Source of the DNA: Vulcanimicrobiota bacterium
Lineage (GTDB): Bacteria; Vulcanimicrobiota; Vulcanimicrobiia; Vulcanimicrobiales; Vulcanimicrobiaceae
Direction of reading: 5' to 3'
DNA length: 64,000 nucleotides
Assembly: GCA_963733295.1 (NCBI GenBank)
Contig: CAVTCS010000005.1
Location: forward strand, 64,001 to 128,000
Below are positions 55,554-64,000 of this stretch, piece by piece. The translations under genes and the position numbers were made by a program. The notes under the pieces were generated by a model. The model did not search any database. It saw only the letters and a list, made by a program, of their open reading frames with translations, and was not told the DNA's origin. How positions within the stretch are numbered: position 1 is the stretch's first letter; each line of letters starts with the position of its first letter.

Positions 55554-56936
55554 TTACCCGCCCGTTGGCCGAGCCGGAGATTTCTCGCCGAGCGGACGGG
55601 CTGGGTTTCCGGCGACGCGTTCGCCCGGCGCGACGTCGTGCGTAACGACCGCACCGGCTCCGGTGAGCGCGCCGTCACCGATTTCGACCGGCGCGACCAG
55701 CGAAGTGTTCGAGCCGATCGACACGTCCTTGCCGATCTTGGTGCGGTTCTTCTTGCGCCCGTCGAAGTTGCACGTGATCGTACCGGCACCGATGTTGCTG
55801 CGCTCGCCGACCTCGGCGTCGCCGATGTAGCTCAAGTGGCTCGCCTTGACGCCCGGCGCGAACGTCGCGTTCTTGACCTCGACGAAGTTGCCGATGCGCG
55901 CGCCGGTACCGATGGAACTGCCGCTACGCACGTGCGCCCACGGTCCGACGTACGAGAAATCCCCGATGCTCGAATCGACGACGATGCTGTCGGAGATGAC
56001 GACTTGCGCTCCGATCCGCGCGTTTTGCAAGCGCGCGTTCGGTCCAATCTCGCTGTTCGAGCCGATCGACGAACGCCGCCCGATCGTCGTGTTGGGCAAG
56101 ATCGTCACGTCGGGCGCGATGTCGATGTCGGGCTCTAAATAGGTCGTTTGAGGATCGGCGATCGTGACGCCGTGACGCATGTGACGCTCGCACAAACGAC
56201 GGTTGAGAAGGGCGGCGGCGGCGGCGAGTTCGATCCGGTCGTTGACGCCGAGCACGCTGCGATGGTCGGACGCTTCGACGGGCACGACCGTCTCGCCGCG
56301 AGCGACGAGGTTCGCGATCGAATCGGTCAGATAATATTCGCCCTGCGCGTTGTCGGTGCCCAGCTCGGCAATCGCGGCGCGCAGTTTGTTTTCGTCGAAC
56401 GCGTACAACCCGGCGTTCATCTCGTCGAGCGCGAGTTCGTCGTCGCTGGCATCGCGCGCCTCGACGATCCGAGCTACCTTGTCGCCGTCCCGCACGATGC
56501 GTCCGAAACTGGAGGGCAGCGGCATCCGCGCAGTGACCAACGCGAGCGCGCGTTCGGCGCTGCGCGCTTCGAGAGTCCGCCGTATCAAATCCGCTTCGAC
56601 CAGCGGCATGTCGCCGTTGAGCACGAGCAGCGTCGCGCCTTCGTGCGGAACGAGTTCCCGCAGCGCGACGCCGACCGCGTGTCCGGTGCCGAGCTGTGGT
56701 TCCTGCAGCGCGGTGATGACCGCGGCGCGCCCGGCGTCGGTCGCGAGCGCCGGGACCTGCGCCGCAACCTCCGCGCTCGTAACCACGAGAATGTCGAGGA
56801 CGCCCGCGTCGTCGAGCGCGCGGAGGACGTGCCACAGGATCGCGCGTCCGCAAAGCTCGTGCAGCATCTTCGGCCGCTCGCTCCGCATCCGCGTTCCCTT
56901 ACCCGCCGCGAGCACGACCGCGCGAACGGTGCTCAA
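55554..56936 (-). CDS. glmU: Bifunctional UDP-GlcNAc pyrophosphorylase/glucosamine-1-P acetyltransferase
   Basis: VVLAAGKGTRMRS..PKMLH, QLGTGHAV, NAQGEYYLTD, GNFVEVK, HLSYIGDA, NIGAGTITCNFDG. Confidence 0.96.
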   Translation of the reverse strand: MSTVRAVVLAAGKGTRMRSERPKMLHELCGRAILWHVLRALDDAGVLDILVVTSAEVAAQVPALATDAGRAAVITALQEPQLGTGHAVGVALRELVPHEGATLLVLNGDMPLVEADLIRRTLEARSAERALALVTARMPLPSSFGRIVRDGDKVARIVEARDASDDELALDEMNAGLYAFDENKLRAAIAELGTDNAQGEYYLTDSIANLVARGETVVPVEASDHRSVLGVNDRIELAAAAALLNRRLCERHMRHGVTIADPQTTYLEPDIDIAPDVTILPNTTIGRRSSIGSNSEIGPNARLQNARIGAQVVISDSIVVDSSIGDFSYVGPWAHVRSGSSIGTGARIGNFVEVKNATFAPGVKASHLSYIGDAEVGERSNIGAGTITCNFDGRKKNRTKIGKDVSIGSNTSLVAPVEIGDGALTGAGAVVTHDVAPGERVAGNPARPLGEKSPARPTGG

Positions 56937-58456
56937 AGGACCGGCTCCGGCACATCCGCCTCCGCCGAGTCGAGTGCGGACTCGGCGAGACTCTCTTTCT
57001 TCCAAAGCTCGCGCTGGGCCGAACTTGCGCCGCCGAGGACCTCGAGCGCGTTGCGCACGCGCTCGCGGACGATATCGCGTCCGAGCAGTTCCATCGAATT
57101 GAAGAGCGGCAGCGAGGCCGGCTGGCCGCTGACCGCGACGTAGAATGGCCGCACGAGGTCACGAAACTTGAGGCCCGTATTCGCGGCGAGCCGGCGCAGC
57201 GCGCCTTCGATCGTGGGAAGCTCCCACGACTCGAGCCGGTCGAACTCGTCGAGCGCCAGCACGAAAAGTTTGCGGATCGTATCGTCTTCGAGTTTTCCTT
57301 CGAGCAACGTTTCCTTGGCGACGTGCAGCCGGCCGGCAAACAAGAAGCTGGTCAGCGGTCCTAAATCAGAAAGACGCTCGATGCGGGATTGCGCGAGCGA
57401 CGCGATCGCCTCCAAAAAAGGCGGGTTGAGCGCCCACTCGCGAACGCGCTCGGAAAAGGCCGCTGCATCGAGGCGTTCGCGAAGATAGCGGCCGTTGAGC
57501 CAGTCGAGCTTCGCAACGTCGAAGATCGGACCGCCCAGAGAAATGTGGTCGAGTCCGAACCGGCCGACCATCGTCGGCATGTCCATGATCTCCTCACCGT
57601 CGTGCGGCGGCACGCTGAAAAGCCCGAGAAAGTTCGCGAACGCTTCGGGCAAGTATCCCATCCGCTTGTAGAACAGAATGCTCGTCGGATTCTTGCGTTT
57701 GCTCAGCTTGCTCCGGTCGGCGTTGCGCAGCAGCGGCAGGTGCCCGAGTTCGGGCATCTGCCAGCCGAAATACTCGTACAACAAGGCGTGTTTCGGAGCC
57801 GACGAGAGCCACTCTTCGCCTCGCAAGACGTGCGTGATCTCCATTAGGTGATCGTCGACGACGTTGGCGAGATGATAGGTCGGCCAGCCGTCGGACTTGA
57901 CCAGGATCTGCTTGTCGACCGTGTGCCAGTCGAACGTGATCGGGCCGCGCATGAGGTCGTGGATCGTGCACGTCCCCTCGCGCGGAACCTTCAGCCGCAC
58001 CGTGAACGGTTTGCCGGCCGCCTCGTTCGCCGCGATCTCGCGCGCATCGAGCTTGAGGCAATGGCCGTCGTATCCCGTCGGAACCTTACGGCGTTCTTGC
58101 TCGCGGCGCATCGCATCGAGCCGCTCCGGCGTGCAGAAGCATTTGAAAGCGTGGCCCGCGTCGAGCAAGACCTGCGCGTACTTCGCATAGAGCGGAAGAC
58201 GCTCGCTCTGCCGGTAAGGACCGTGCGGTCCGCCGACGTCCGGACCTTCGTCCCACGTAACGCCGAGCCAATGGAGCGCTTCGAGGATGACGCTCTCGGA
58301 GGCGGTTGTGCTGCGCGCACGATCCGTATCCTCGATGCGCAGAACGAAATCGCCACTGTGATGTTTGGCGTACAGGTAATTGATCAGCGCGGCGTACGCC
58401 GTTCCCACGTGAGGATCGCCCGTCGGCGAGGGCGCGATGCGGGTCCGCACGGTCAT
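56933..58456 (-). CDS. gltX: Glutamate--tRNA ligase
   Basis: RIAPSPTGDPHVG (HIGH), LRIEDTD, YRQSER, KLSKR (KMSKS). Confidence 0.96.
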   Translation of the reverse strand: MTVRTRIAPSPTGDPHVGTAYAALINYLYAKHHSGDFVLRIEDTDRARSTTASESVILEALHWLGVTWDEGPDVGGPHGPYRQSERLPLYAKYAQVLLDAGHAFKCFCTPERLDAMRREQERRKVPTGYDGHCLKLDAREIAANEAAGKPFTVRLKVPREGTCTIHDLMRGPITFDWHTVDKQILVKSDGWPTYHLANVVDDHLMEITHVLRGEEWLSSAPKHALLYEYFGWQMPELGHLPLLRNADRSKLSKRKNPTSILFYKRMGYLPEAFANFLGLFSVPPHDGEEIMDMPTMVGRFGLDHISLGGPIFDVAKLDWLNGRYLRERLDAAAFSERVREWALNPPFLEAIASLAQSRIERLSDLGPLTSFLFAGRLHVAKETLLEGKLEDDTIRKLFVLALDEFDRLESWELPTIEGALRRLAANTGLKFRDLVRPFYVAVSGQPASLPLFNSMELLGRDIVRERVRNALEVLGGASSAQRELWKKESLAESALDSAEADVPEPVL

Positions 58457-58466
58457 CGAAACGTCG

Positions 58467-58886
58467 CTACCCGACCAGTTCGCGGCGCTTGCCGCACTCG
58501 CGCTCGACGAACTCGACGATCTCCGAGAGCGGAGCGCCGGGCGTAAAGATCTCGCGCACGCCGATCGCCTTCAACTCGCGCGCGTCGTCGGCCGGAATCG
58601 TTCCCCCGCCGAAAAAAACGATGTCGCCTGCGTCCTGAGCTTTGAGCTGCGCCAGGACTTCGGGGAAGAGCGTCATGTGCGCGCCCGACAGGATCGAGAG
58701 ACCGATGCCGTCGGCGTCCTCCTGAATCGCCGTCTGCACGATCTGCTCGGGAGTCTGGAAAAGCCCGGTATAGATGACTTCCATCCCGGCGTCGCGCAGC
58801 GCGCGCGCGATCACTTTGGCGCCCCGGTCGTGGCCGTCGAGGCCGGCCTTGGCGACGATGACCCGCAGCGGTCGTTCCGTTGGCAT
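58467..58886 (-). CDS. Cobalamin-binding small subunit of methylmalonyl-/acyl-CoA mutase
   Basis: [13 protein letters not shown] (DxHxxG), [19 protein letters not shown]. Confidence 0.93.
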   Translation of the reverse strand: MPTERPLRVIVAKAGLDGHDRGAKVIARALRDAGMEVIYTGLFQTPEQIVQTAIQEDADGIGLSILSGAHMTLFPEVLAQLKAQDAGDIVFFGGGTIPADDARELKAIGVREIFTPGAPLSEIVEFVERECGKRRELVG

Positions 58887-59081
58887 AACCCAGCGGTTTT
58901 CTCGCCCGAAGTCCCGGTTCCCGGGCGCCCTTGCGCTTTGAGCGCCGAATGTGAAGCGGTGCTCCACGGGCAGAATGCTGCAAAATGCGGGAGACGATCT
59001 TCGACATTTCGCAAGAAGAAAACGCGCGCGATCCCCAAAGCGGGCGACAAGAGAAGCGAAAGGTGCGACGAACCCAGCCGC

Positions 59082-60131
59082 ATGCCACGAGCTTCGTTTC
59101 AGCGACTCGGGATCGTTCTCGCCCCCTCCGGCATCCCGGAGGAATCCGAAGGCACGATCAATCCCGCCAGCGCGCGAGCGCCGAATGGCGAATTACTGCT
59201 GCTGCCCCGCGCGGTAGGGGCCGGCAACGTGTCGCGAATCGAGCGCTGCACCTCGTCATGGTCGGGCGACGTGGTCGAGTTCCAGCGTGGCGGCTTCGCT
59301 CTCGAGCCGGTCGCGCCGTACGAACTCCGTTCGGAGCCCGGCGGTTACGGTTGCGAGGATCCGCGCGTCACCTTCGTTCCCTCGCTCGGACGCTATCTGA
59401 TGGCGTACTGCGCATTCGGTCCGACTGGGCCCCGCATCGCAATCGCGCTTTCGGAGGACGGCTGGGAGTGGACGCGTCTGGGTCTCGTCGACTTCGAACG
59501 AACCGACGGCTACGGCGACAAGGACGCGGCCTTTTTCCCCGAGATTGTGAACTCGCCGAGCGGCGTGCCGTCGTTCGCACTCTTGCACCGTCCCACGTTG
59601 TACCAATCGATCGCGGTGGGTCGCGCAATCATTCCCGCGATCCTGGAGCTGCCGCCGAGCGAACGCGAAAGCATCTGCACCGCGTACTTTCCGGCCGATG
59701 CCGTCCTTGCCGACATTCGCGCGCTGCTGCAACCCAAGGAGATGCGGGTTCTGATGGAACCGGACGGCGCGTGGGGTACGATCAAGATCGGCACGGGACC
59801 GCCGCCGGTGCGCATCCCGGCAGGCTGGCTCTTGGTGTATCACGGTATCGATCCGCTGCCCGGATATGAAGACGCCGACCGGCCGGCGTTGCAATATCGC
59901 GTCGGCGTCGTTCTGCTCGATGCCGGCGCGCCGCACATCGTGCGCTATCGTTCGCCGGAACCCATCTTCGCGCCCGAACTACCGGAGGAATGCGAAGGAG
60001 TCGTCGACGACGTCGTCTTTCCGACCGCGATCGATTCGCGCCAAGATCTCGGCCCGAACCTCCACGATATCTACTACGGAATGGCCGACTTCCGGATCGG
60101 TCGCGGCCGCCTCGAGTTCGACCCGGACTAG
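59082..60131 (+). CDS. GH130-like glycosidase/glycoside phosphorylase (five-bladed beta-propeller)
   Basis: [52 protein letters not shown]. Confidence 0.85.
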   Translation: MPRASFQRLGIVLAPSGIPEESEGTINPASARAPNGELLLLPRAVGAGNVSRIERCTSSWSGDVVEFQRGGFALEPVAPYELRSEPGGYGCEDPRVTFVPSLGRYLMAYCAFGPTGPRIAIALSEDGWEWTRLGLVDFERTDGYGDKDAAFFPEIVNSPSGVPSFALLHRPTLYQSIAVGRAIIPAILELPPSERESICTAYFPADAVLADIRALLQPKEMRVLMEPDGAWGTIKIGTGPPPVRIPAGWLLVYHGIDPLPGYEDADRPALQYRVGVVLLDAGAPHIVRYRSPEPIFAPELPEECEGVVDDVVFPTAIDSRQDLGPNLHDIYYGMADFRIGRGRLEFDPD

Positions 60132-61840
60132 AAGGCCGGACGCTCCGTGTACCGTCCGTAGACCGAGGCCATCGCTGCGACGATTTCGCCTTCGGTTGCG
60201 AACGCGTTGACCGCGTCGATGAGCGGCGGCATCACGTTGCTGCGCTCGTCGGCGCAAGCGCGCTTGAGCGCGGCGAGCGCCTCCTCGACCTTTTCCGCGT
60301 CGCGGCCGGCACGGACCTCGGCGACCGCGCGGGCCTGGCCGCGTTCGATCTCCGGCGTGATCTTCAGCAGGTCGAGATCCCCTTCACCCTCGTCTTTCGT
60401 GAAGGCGTTGACTCCGACGATGACGCGGTCTCTGTTTTCGAGCGAGCGCTGATAGCGGTACGACGCGTCCGCGATCTCGTGCTGGAAGAACCCGGCCTCG
60501 ATCGCTTCGATGACGCCGCCATAACCCTCGATCTGCTGGAAGTACGCTTCGGCTTGGCGCTCCATCTCGTCGGTGAGGTTTTCGATGAAATACGAGCCGC
60601 CCAGCGGGTCGACCACGTTCGTGACGTTCGTCTCGTAGGCGAGTACCTGTTGCGTGCGCAGGGCGATCTCCACGCTTTTCTCGGTCGGAAGCGCGAGGAC
60701 TTCATCCATCGAGTTGGTGTGAAGCGACTGAGTTCCGCCCAAGACCGCGGCTAAGGCCTCGTACGCCACGCGCACGATGTTGTTCTCGGGCTGTTGCGCG
60801 GTCGCGCTGCAACCCGCGGTCTGCGTGTGGAAACGCAGCGTCCACGAGCGCGGATCCTTGGCCCCATACTTCTCGCGCATGCGCCGCGCGTAGATGCGGC
60901 GGGCGGCGCGGAACTTGCAAACCTCTTCGAAAAAGTCGATGTGCGAGTTGAAAAAGAACGACAGGCGCGGCGCGAACGAGTCGACGTCCAGACCCGCCTT
61001 CATCGCTTCCTCGACGTAAAGGAAGCCGTCGGCGAGCGTAAAGGCCAGCTCTTGCACCGCGGTCGAGCCGGCTTCGCGAATGTGGTAGCCCGAAACCGAA
61101 ATCGTGTTCCAGCGCGGCATCTCGGCGGTGCAGAACTTCATCATGTCGACGATGATGCGCACGTGTGGTCGCGGCGGAAAGATCCACTCCTTCTGCGCGA
61201 TGTATTCTTTGAGGATGTCCGCTTGCAGCGTTCCGCCGAGCTTGCTGCGCGGGATGCCCTTGCTCTCGGCGGTCGCGATGTACTGCGCCAGGGCGATCGC
61301 GGCCGGCCCGTTGATCGTCATCGACGTCGTGATCTCGCCCAGGTCGATACCGTCGAAGAGCGTTTGCATGTCCTTGAGCGAGTCGATCGCGACGCCGCAG
61401 CGTCCGACTTCTCCGCGAGCTTGCGCGGCATCGGAATCGTAGCCCATCAGCGTCGGCATGTCGAACGCGACCGACAGCCCCATCTGTCCCTGCGAGAGCA
61501 AGAAGTGATAGCGTTCGTTCGTCTGTTTCGCGTTCCCGAAACCGGCGAACTGGCGCATCGTCCAAAGCCGGTCGCGGTACATGCCCGGGTGAATGCCGCG
61601 CGTGTACGGGTATTCGCCGGGATAGGCCAGATCGCGCGCGAGATCGAGGTGCGCGACGTCTTCGGGACCGTAGATCGGCTTGAGCGGCAAGTCGGAGATC
61701 GTGCGGTCGGTTGCGCCCGAGCCGGGATCGCTGCGGCGCCGCGAACGCGCGAGCGCAGACTCCCAGCGCTCCTTCTGCCGCTCGAACTCGGAGTTCGGCT
61801 TCGCGCCGAGCCCGGTCGCGCGATCGATCATCTTAGCCAC
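60128..61840 (-). CDS. Methylmalonyl-/acyl-CoA mutase, large (substrate-binding) subunit
   Basis: [49 protein letters not shown]. No B12 domain. Confidence 0.93.
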   Translation of the reverse strand: MAKMIDRATGLGAKPNSEFERQKERWESALARSRRRSDPGSGATDRTISDLPLKPIYGPEDVAHLDLARDLAYPGEYPYTRGIHPGMYRDRLWTMRQFAGFGNAKQTNERYHFLLSQGQMGLSVAFDMPTLMGYDSDAAQARGEVGRCGVAIDSLKDMQTLFDGIDLGEITTSMTINGPAAIALAQYIATAESKGIPRSKLGGTLQADILKEYIAQKEWIFPPRPHVRIIVDMMKFCTAEMPRWNTISVSGYHIREAGSTAVQELAFTLADGFLYVEEAMKAGLDVDSFAPRLSFFFNSHIDFFEEVCKFRAARRIYARRMREKYGAKDPRSWTLRFHTQTAGCSATAQQPENNIVRVAYEALAAVLGGTQSLHTNSMDEVLALPTEKSVEIALRTQQVLAYETNVTNVVDPLGGSYFIENLTDEMERQAEAYFQQIEGYGGVIEAIEAGFFQHEIADASYRYQRSLENRDRVIVGVNAFTKDEGEGDLDLLKITPEIERGQARAVAEVRAGRDAEKVEEALAALKRACADERSNVMPPLIDAVNAFATEGEIVAAMASVYGRYTERPAF

Positions 61841-61909
61841 GCGTTCTGATTCCCCTCAAGTCCTTCCGTAAGACGAGCGACGTTCGACGGATGGCAAAAC
61901 TCTTCCGCG

Positions 61910-63385
61910 CTACGGCGTGACCGGTGCGCGAAGGCGAGCCTTCACGACCTTGCCCAGCGCGTTGCGCGGCAGTTCGTCGATCAGATACACGGCTTTGGGC
62001 ACTTTGAAACTGGCCAGGTTCTCGCGCAAATCGGCCATCAGCGCCTCCCCGGAAAAACCGGCTTCGGCCTCGACGAAGGCGACCGGCAGCTCGCCGCGAG
62101 CCGGGTCGGGCATTCCGACGACCGCCGCCGCGCGCACCCCCGGGTAACGCTGGATCTCGTCTTCGACCTCGAGCGGATACACGTTGAAGCCGCCGCTGAT
62201 GATCAGTTCCTTGAGGCGTCCGACGATCCGATAGACGTCGTTTTCCGCGTCGTAGCTGGCGAGGTCGCCGCTGCGATACCAGCGCGTTCCGTCGGGGTCG
62301 ATTGCGAAGGCAGCCTCCGTCACCTCCGGCAGATTCCAGTATCCCGCGAAGGCGCCCGGGCTCGCCACGAGCAACTCGCCGACCTCGCCCGGCGTTACGC
62401 GTTCGAGCGTTTCCGGCGTGACGATCGCGACGCGCACGCCGGGCATCGGCACACCGACCGAGCCGGCAACGCGCGGGCCTCCGTACCGGTTGCCCAACGT
62501 AAAGCCGAACTCCGTCGCGCCGTAGCGCTCCAGGATCTGCGCCCCGAACCTTCGCTCGAAGGCACGGTACACGTCAGCCGAGAGCGCGGCCGAGCCGGAC
62601 ACGAAAAGGCGCATCGGCGGCAACGCGGGTCCGGGGCCACGCTCGAGCAGCCGAACGTACATCGTCGGCACGCCGAAGAACATCGTGAACTCGCCACTGC
62701 CCAGCTGCTCGAGAATGCGCTCCGCATCGAAGCGTTCGTCGACGACGAGGCGCGCGCCGGCTGCGAGCGTTCCGTTCAAGGCCGCCCCGAGCCCGTGCAT
62801 GTGAAAGAGCGGCAACGCGATCAAGAGCGCATCGTCCGCCTGCCAGCGCCAAGTCGCGACGAGTTGCGCGGCAATCGCACCGAAACTCGCGTGCGTTTGC
62901 ATCGCGCCCTTCGAGCGGCCGGTCGTGCCGCTCGTGTACATGATCACCGCAACGTCGTCGGGGCCGGGTTTCGGCGGCGTCGCTTGCGGAATCGACGGAT
63001 CCTCCGCCCAGCGCTCGACATCGGCGACGTCGAGGGTAGCCGGTGCGTGCTCGACGGCTGCAACGTGCGGGACCGTTTGCGCGGAGACGACGACGCGCGC
63101 CGCCCGCGAATCCTCCAGCACGTGCGCGAGATCGTGCGCCCGATACAAGATGTTGGCCGGCACGAGGACGAGACCCAGGCGCAGTCCGGCTAAGTACGCA
63201 TAGACGAAGCCGATGCGGTTTTCGACGTAGAGCGCGAGGCGGTCGCCGCGTCGCAGGCCGAGTTCGCTCAGCTTCGTGGCGACGCGCCGCGCACCGGCAT
63301 GCAGGTCCTCGTAACTAACGGTGCCGTAAGCAGGGTACGCAGCGCGGTCGGCCAGAGCGCTGTCGAAAAGGTCGAGCAAAGTCAT
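61910..63385 (-). CDS. AMP-dependent acyl-CoA synthetase (MatB/malonyl-CoA synthetase-like)
   Basis: YTSGTTGRSKG, LPLFHMHG, SGSA.L, ERYGATE, GRLKELIISGGFNVYP, PRNALGKV. Confidence 0.88.
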   Translation of the reverse strand: MTLLDLFDSALADRAAYPAYGTVSYEDLHAGARRVATKLSELGLRRGDRLALYVENRIGFVYAYLAGLRLGLVLVPANILYRAHDLAHVLEDSRAARVVVSAQTVPHVAAVEHAPATLDVADVERWAEDPSIPQATPPKPGPDDVAVIMYTSGTTGRSKGAMQTHASFGAIAAQLVATWRWQADDALLIALPLFHMHGLGAALNGTLAAGARLVVDERFDAERILEQLGSGEFTMFFGVPTMYVRLLERGPGPALPPMRLFVSGSAALSADVYRAFERRFGAQILERYGATEFGFTLGNRYGGPRVAGSVGVPMPGVRVAIVTPETLERVTPGEVGELLVASPGAFAGYWNLPEVTEAAFAIDPDGTRWYRSGDLASYDAENDVYRIVGRLKELIISGGFNVYPLEVEDEIQRYPGVRAAAVVGMPDPARGELPVAFVEAEAGFSGEALMADLRENLASFKVPKAVYLIDELPRNALGKVVKARLRAPVTP

Positions 63386-63448
63386 CGCTGTCGAGTCCGC
63401 TACCGGTCGGGCAAGCGCCTGCTATCACGGCGTCGAATTTCGTCACTC

Positions 63449-64000
63449 ATGCTGAGAGGGCCGAGCGAGACAATCCTGACCGAGCGGCGCGGCCGCGTCT
63501 ACTGGATCACGTTCAACCGTCCCGAGGTTCGCAACGCGCTGACCCTCGCGATGTACGAGCGCTTCTATGAGATCTTGGGCGCGCTCGAACTCGAAGCGGG
63601 TATCGGCGCGGTCGTGCTTGCCGGCGCGGGCGATCGGGCTTTTGTCGCAGGGACCGACATCAAGGAGTTCGAGGGTTTCGTCACGGCCGAGGACGCGCTC
63701 CGCTACGAACGGCACATGGATGAAATCCTCAGCCGCCTCGAACGTCTCAAGTTCCCGACGATCGCAGCCCTGCGCGGTGCGTGCACCGGCGGCGGAGCGG
63801 CGATCGCCTGCGCCTCCGACTTGCGTATCGCAGCGCCGAACTTGCGCTTCGGGTTTCCGCTGGCGCGCACGCTCGGAAACTGCCTTTCGATCAAGAACTA
63901 CGCGCGTCTCGAAGCGCTGGTCGGCGAAGCCGAAGTCAAACGCTTGCTGTTTACCTCAGAGCTCATGGACGCCGAGCGCGCGTACTCGCTCGGGCTCGTC
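63449..64000 (+). CDS. Enoyl-CoA hydratase/isomerase family protein, 3'-partial
   Basis: Read by hand: ITFNRPEVRNALT...AFVAGTDIKEF...PTIAALRGACTGGGAAIACASDLRIA. Runs off the window. Confidence 0.88.
   Translation, partial: MLRGPSETILTERRGRVYWITFNRPEVRNALTLAMYERFYEILGALELEAGIGAVVLAGAGDRAFVAGTDIKEFEGFVTAEDALRYERHMDEILSRLERLKFPTIAALRGACTGGGAAIACASDLRIAAPNLRFGFPLARTLGNCLSIKNYARLEALVGEAEVKRLLFTSELMDAERAYSLGLV

Noticed and set aside
58437..59081. 564-aa version of the GH130 ORF
   Set aside because: The N-terminal part is antisense to the B12-binding subunit gene. Family motifs begin after ATG 59082.

Overview
A GC-rich bacterial chromosomal segment with about 57 tightly packed CDSs. I found no rRNA, tRNA, CRISPR array or transposase/integrase. 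Housekeeping genes: ettA, eno, ndk, birA, acpS, nnr, ligA, uvrA, uvrB, prs-rplY-pth, tag, thyX, glmU, gltX. Metabolic genes: a stand-alone phosphoribulokinase with a clear sigma70 promoter and a CbbR-like palindrome, an oxalate cluster (oxlT/frc/panE-like), a split B12-dependent acyl-CoA mutase interrupted by a GH130 gene, pcaF and aidB. Also present are an ECF sigma/anti-sigma pair, a two-component system divergent from an RND pump, and several lineage-specific secreted proteins. Gene content is tentatively suggestive of Eremiobacterota/Vulcanimicrobiota (inference only). The most unusual items are: (i) a twice-frameshifted ~970-aa tandem metalloprotease with three Cys/His repeats and a dead second domain; (ii) catalytically degenerate enzymes embedded in core operons (NAGK-like, M48-like, HD-variant archaemetzincin); (iii) two paralogs of an 'APADxYFG' secreted family; (iv) a BrnT toxin remnant with an intact antitoxin; (v) several genes that apparently need non-canonical start codons. 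All family calls are from motif recognition by eye, and no database searches were run.
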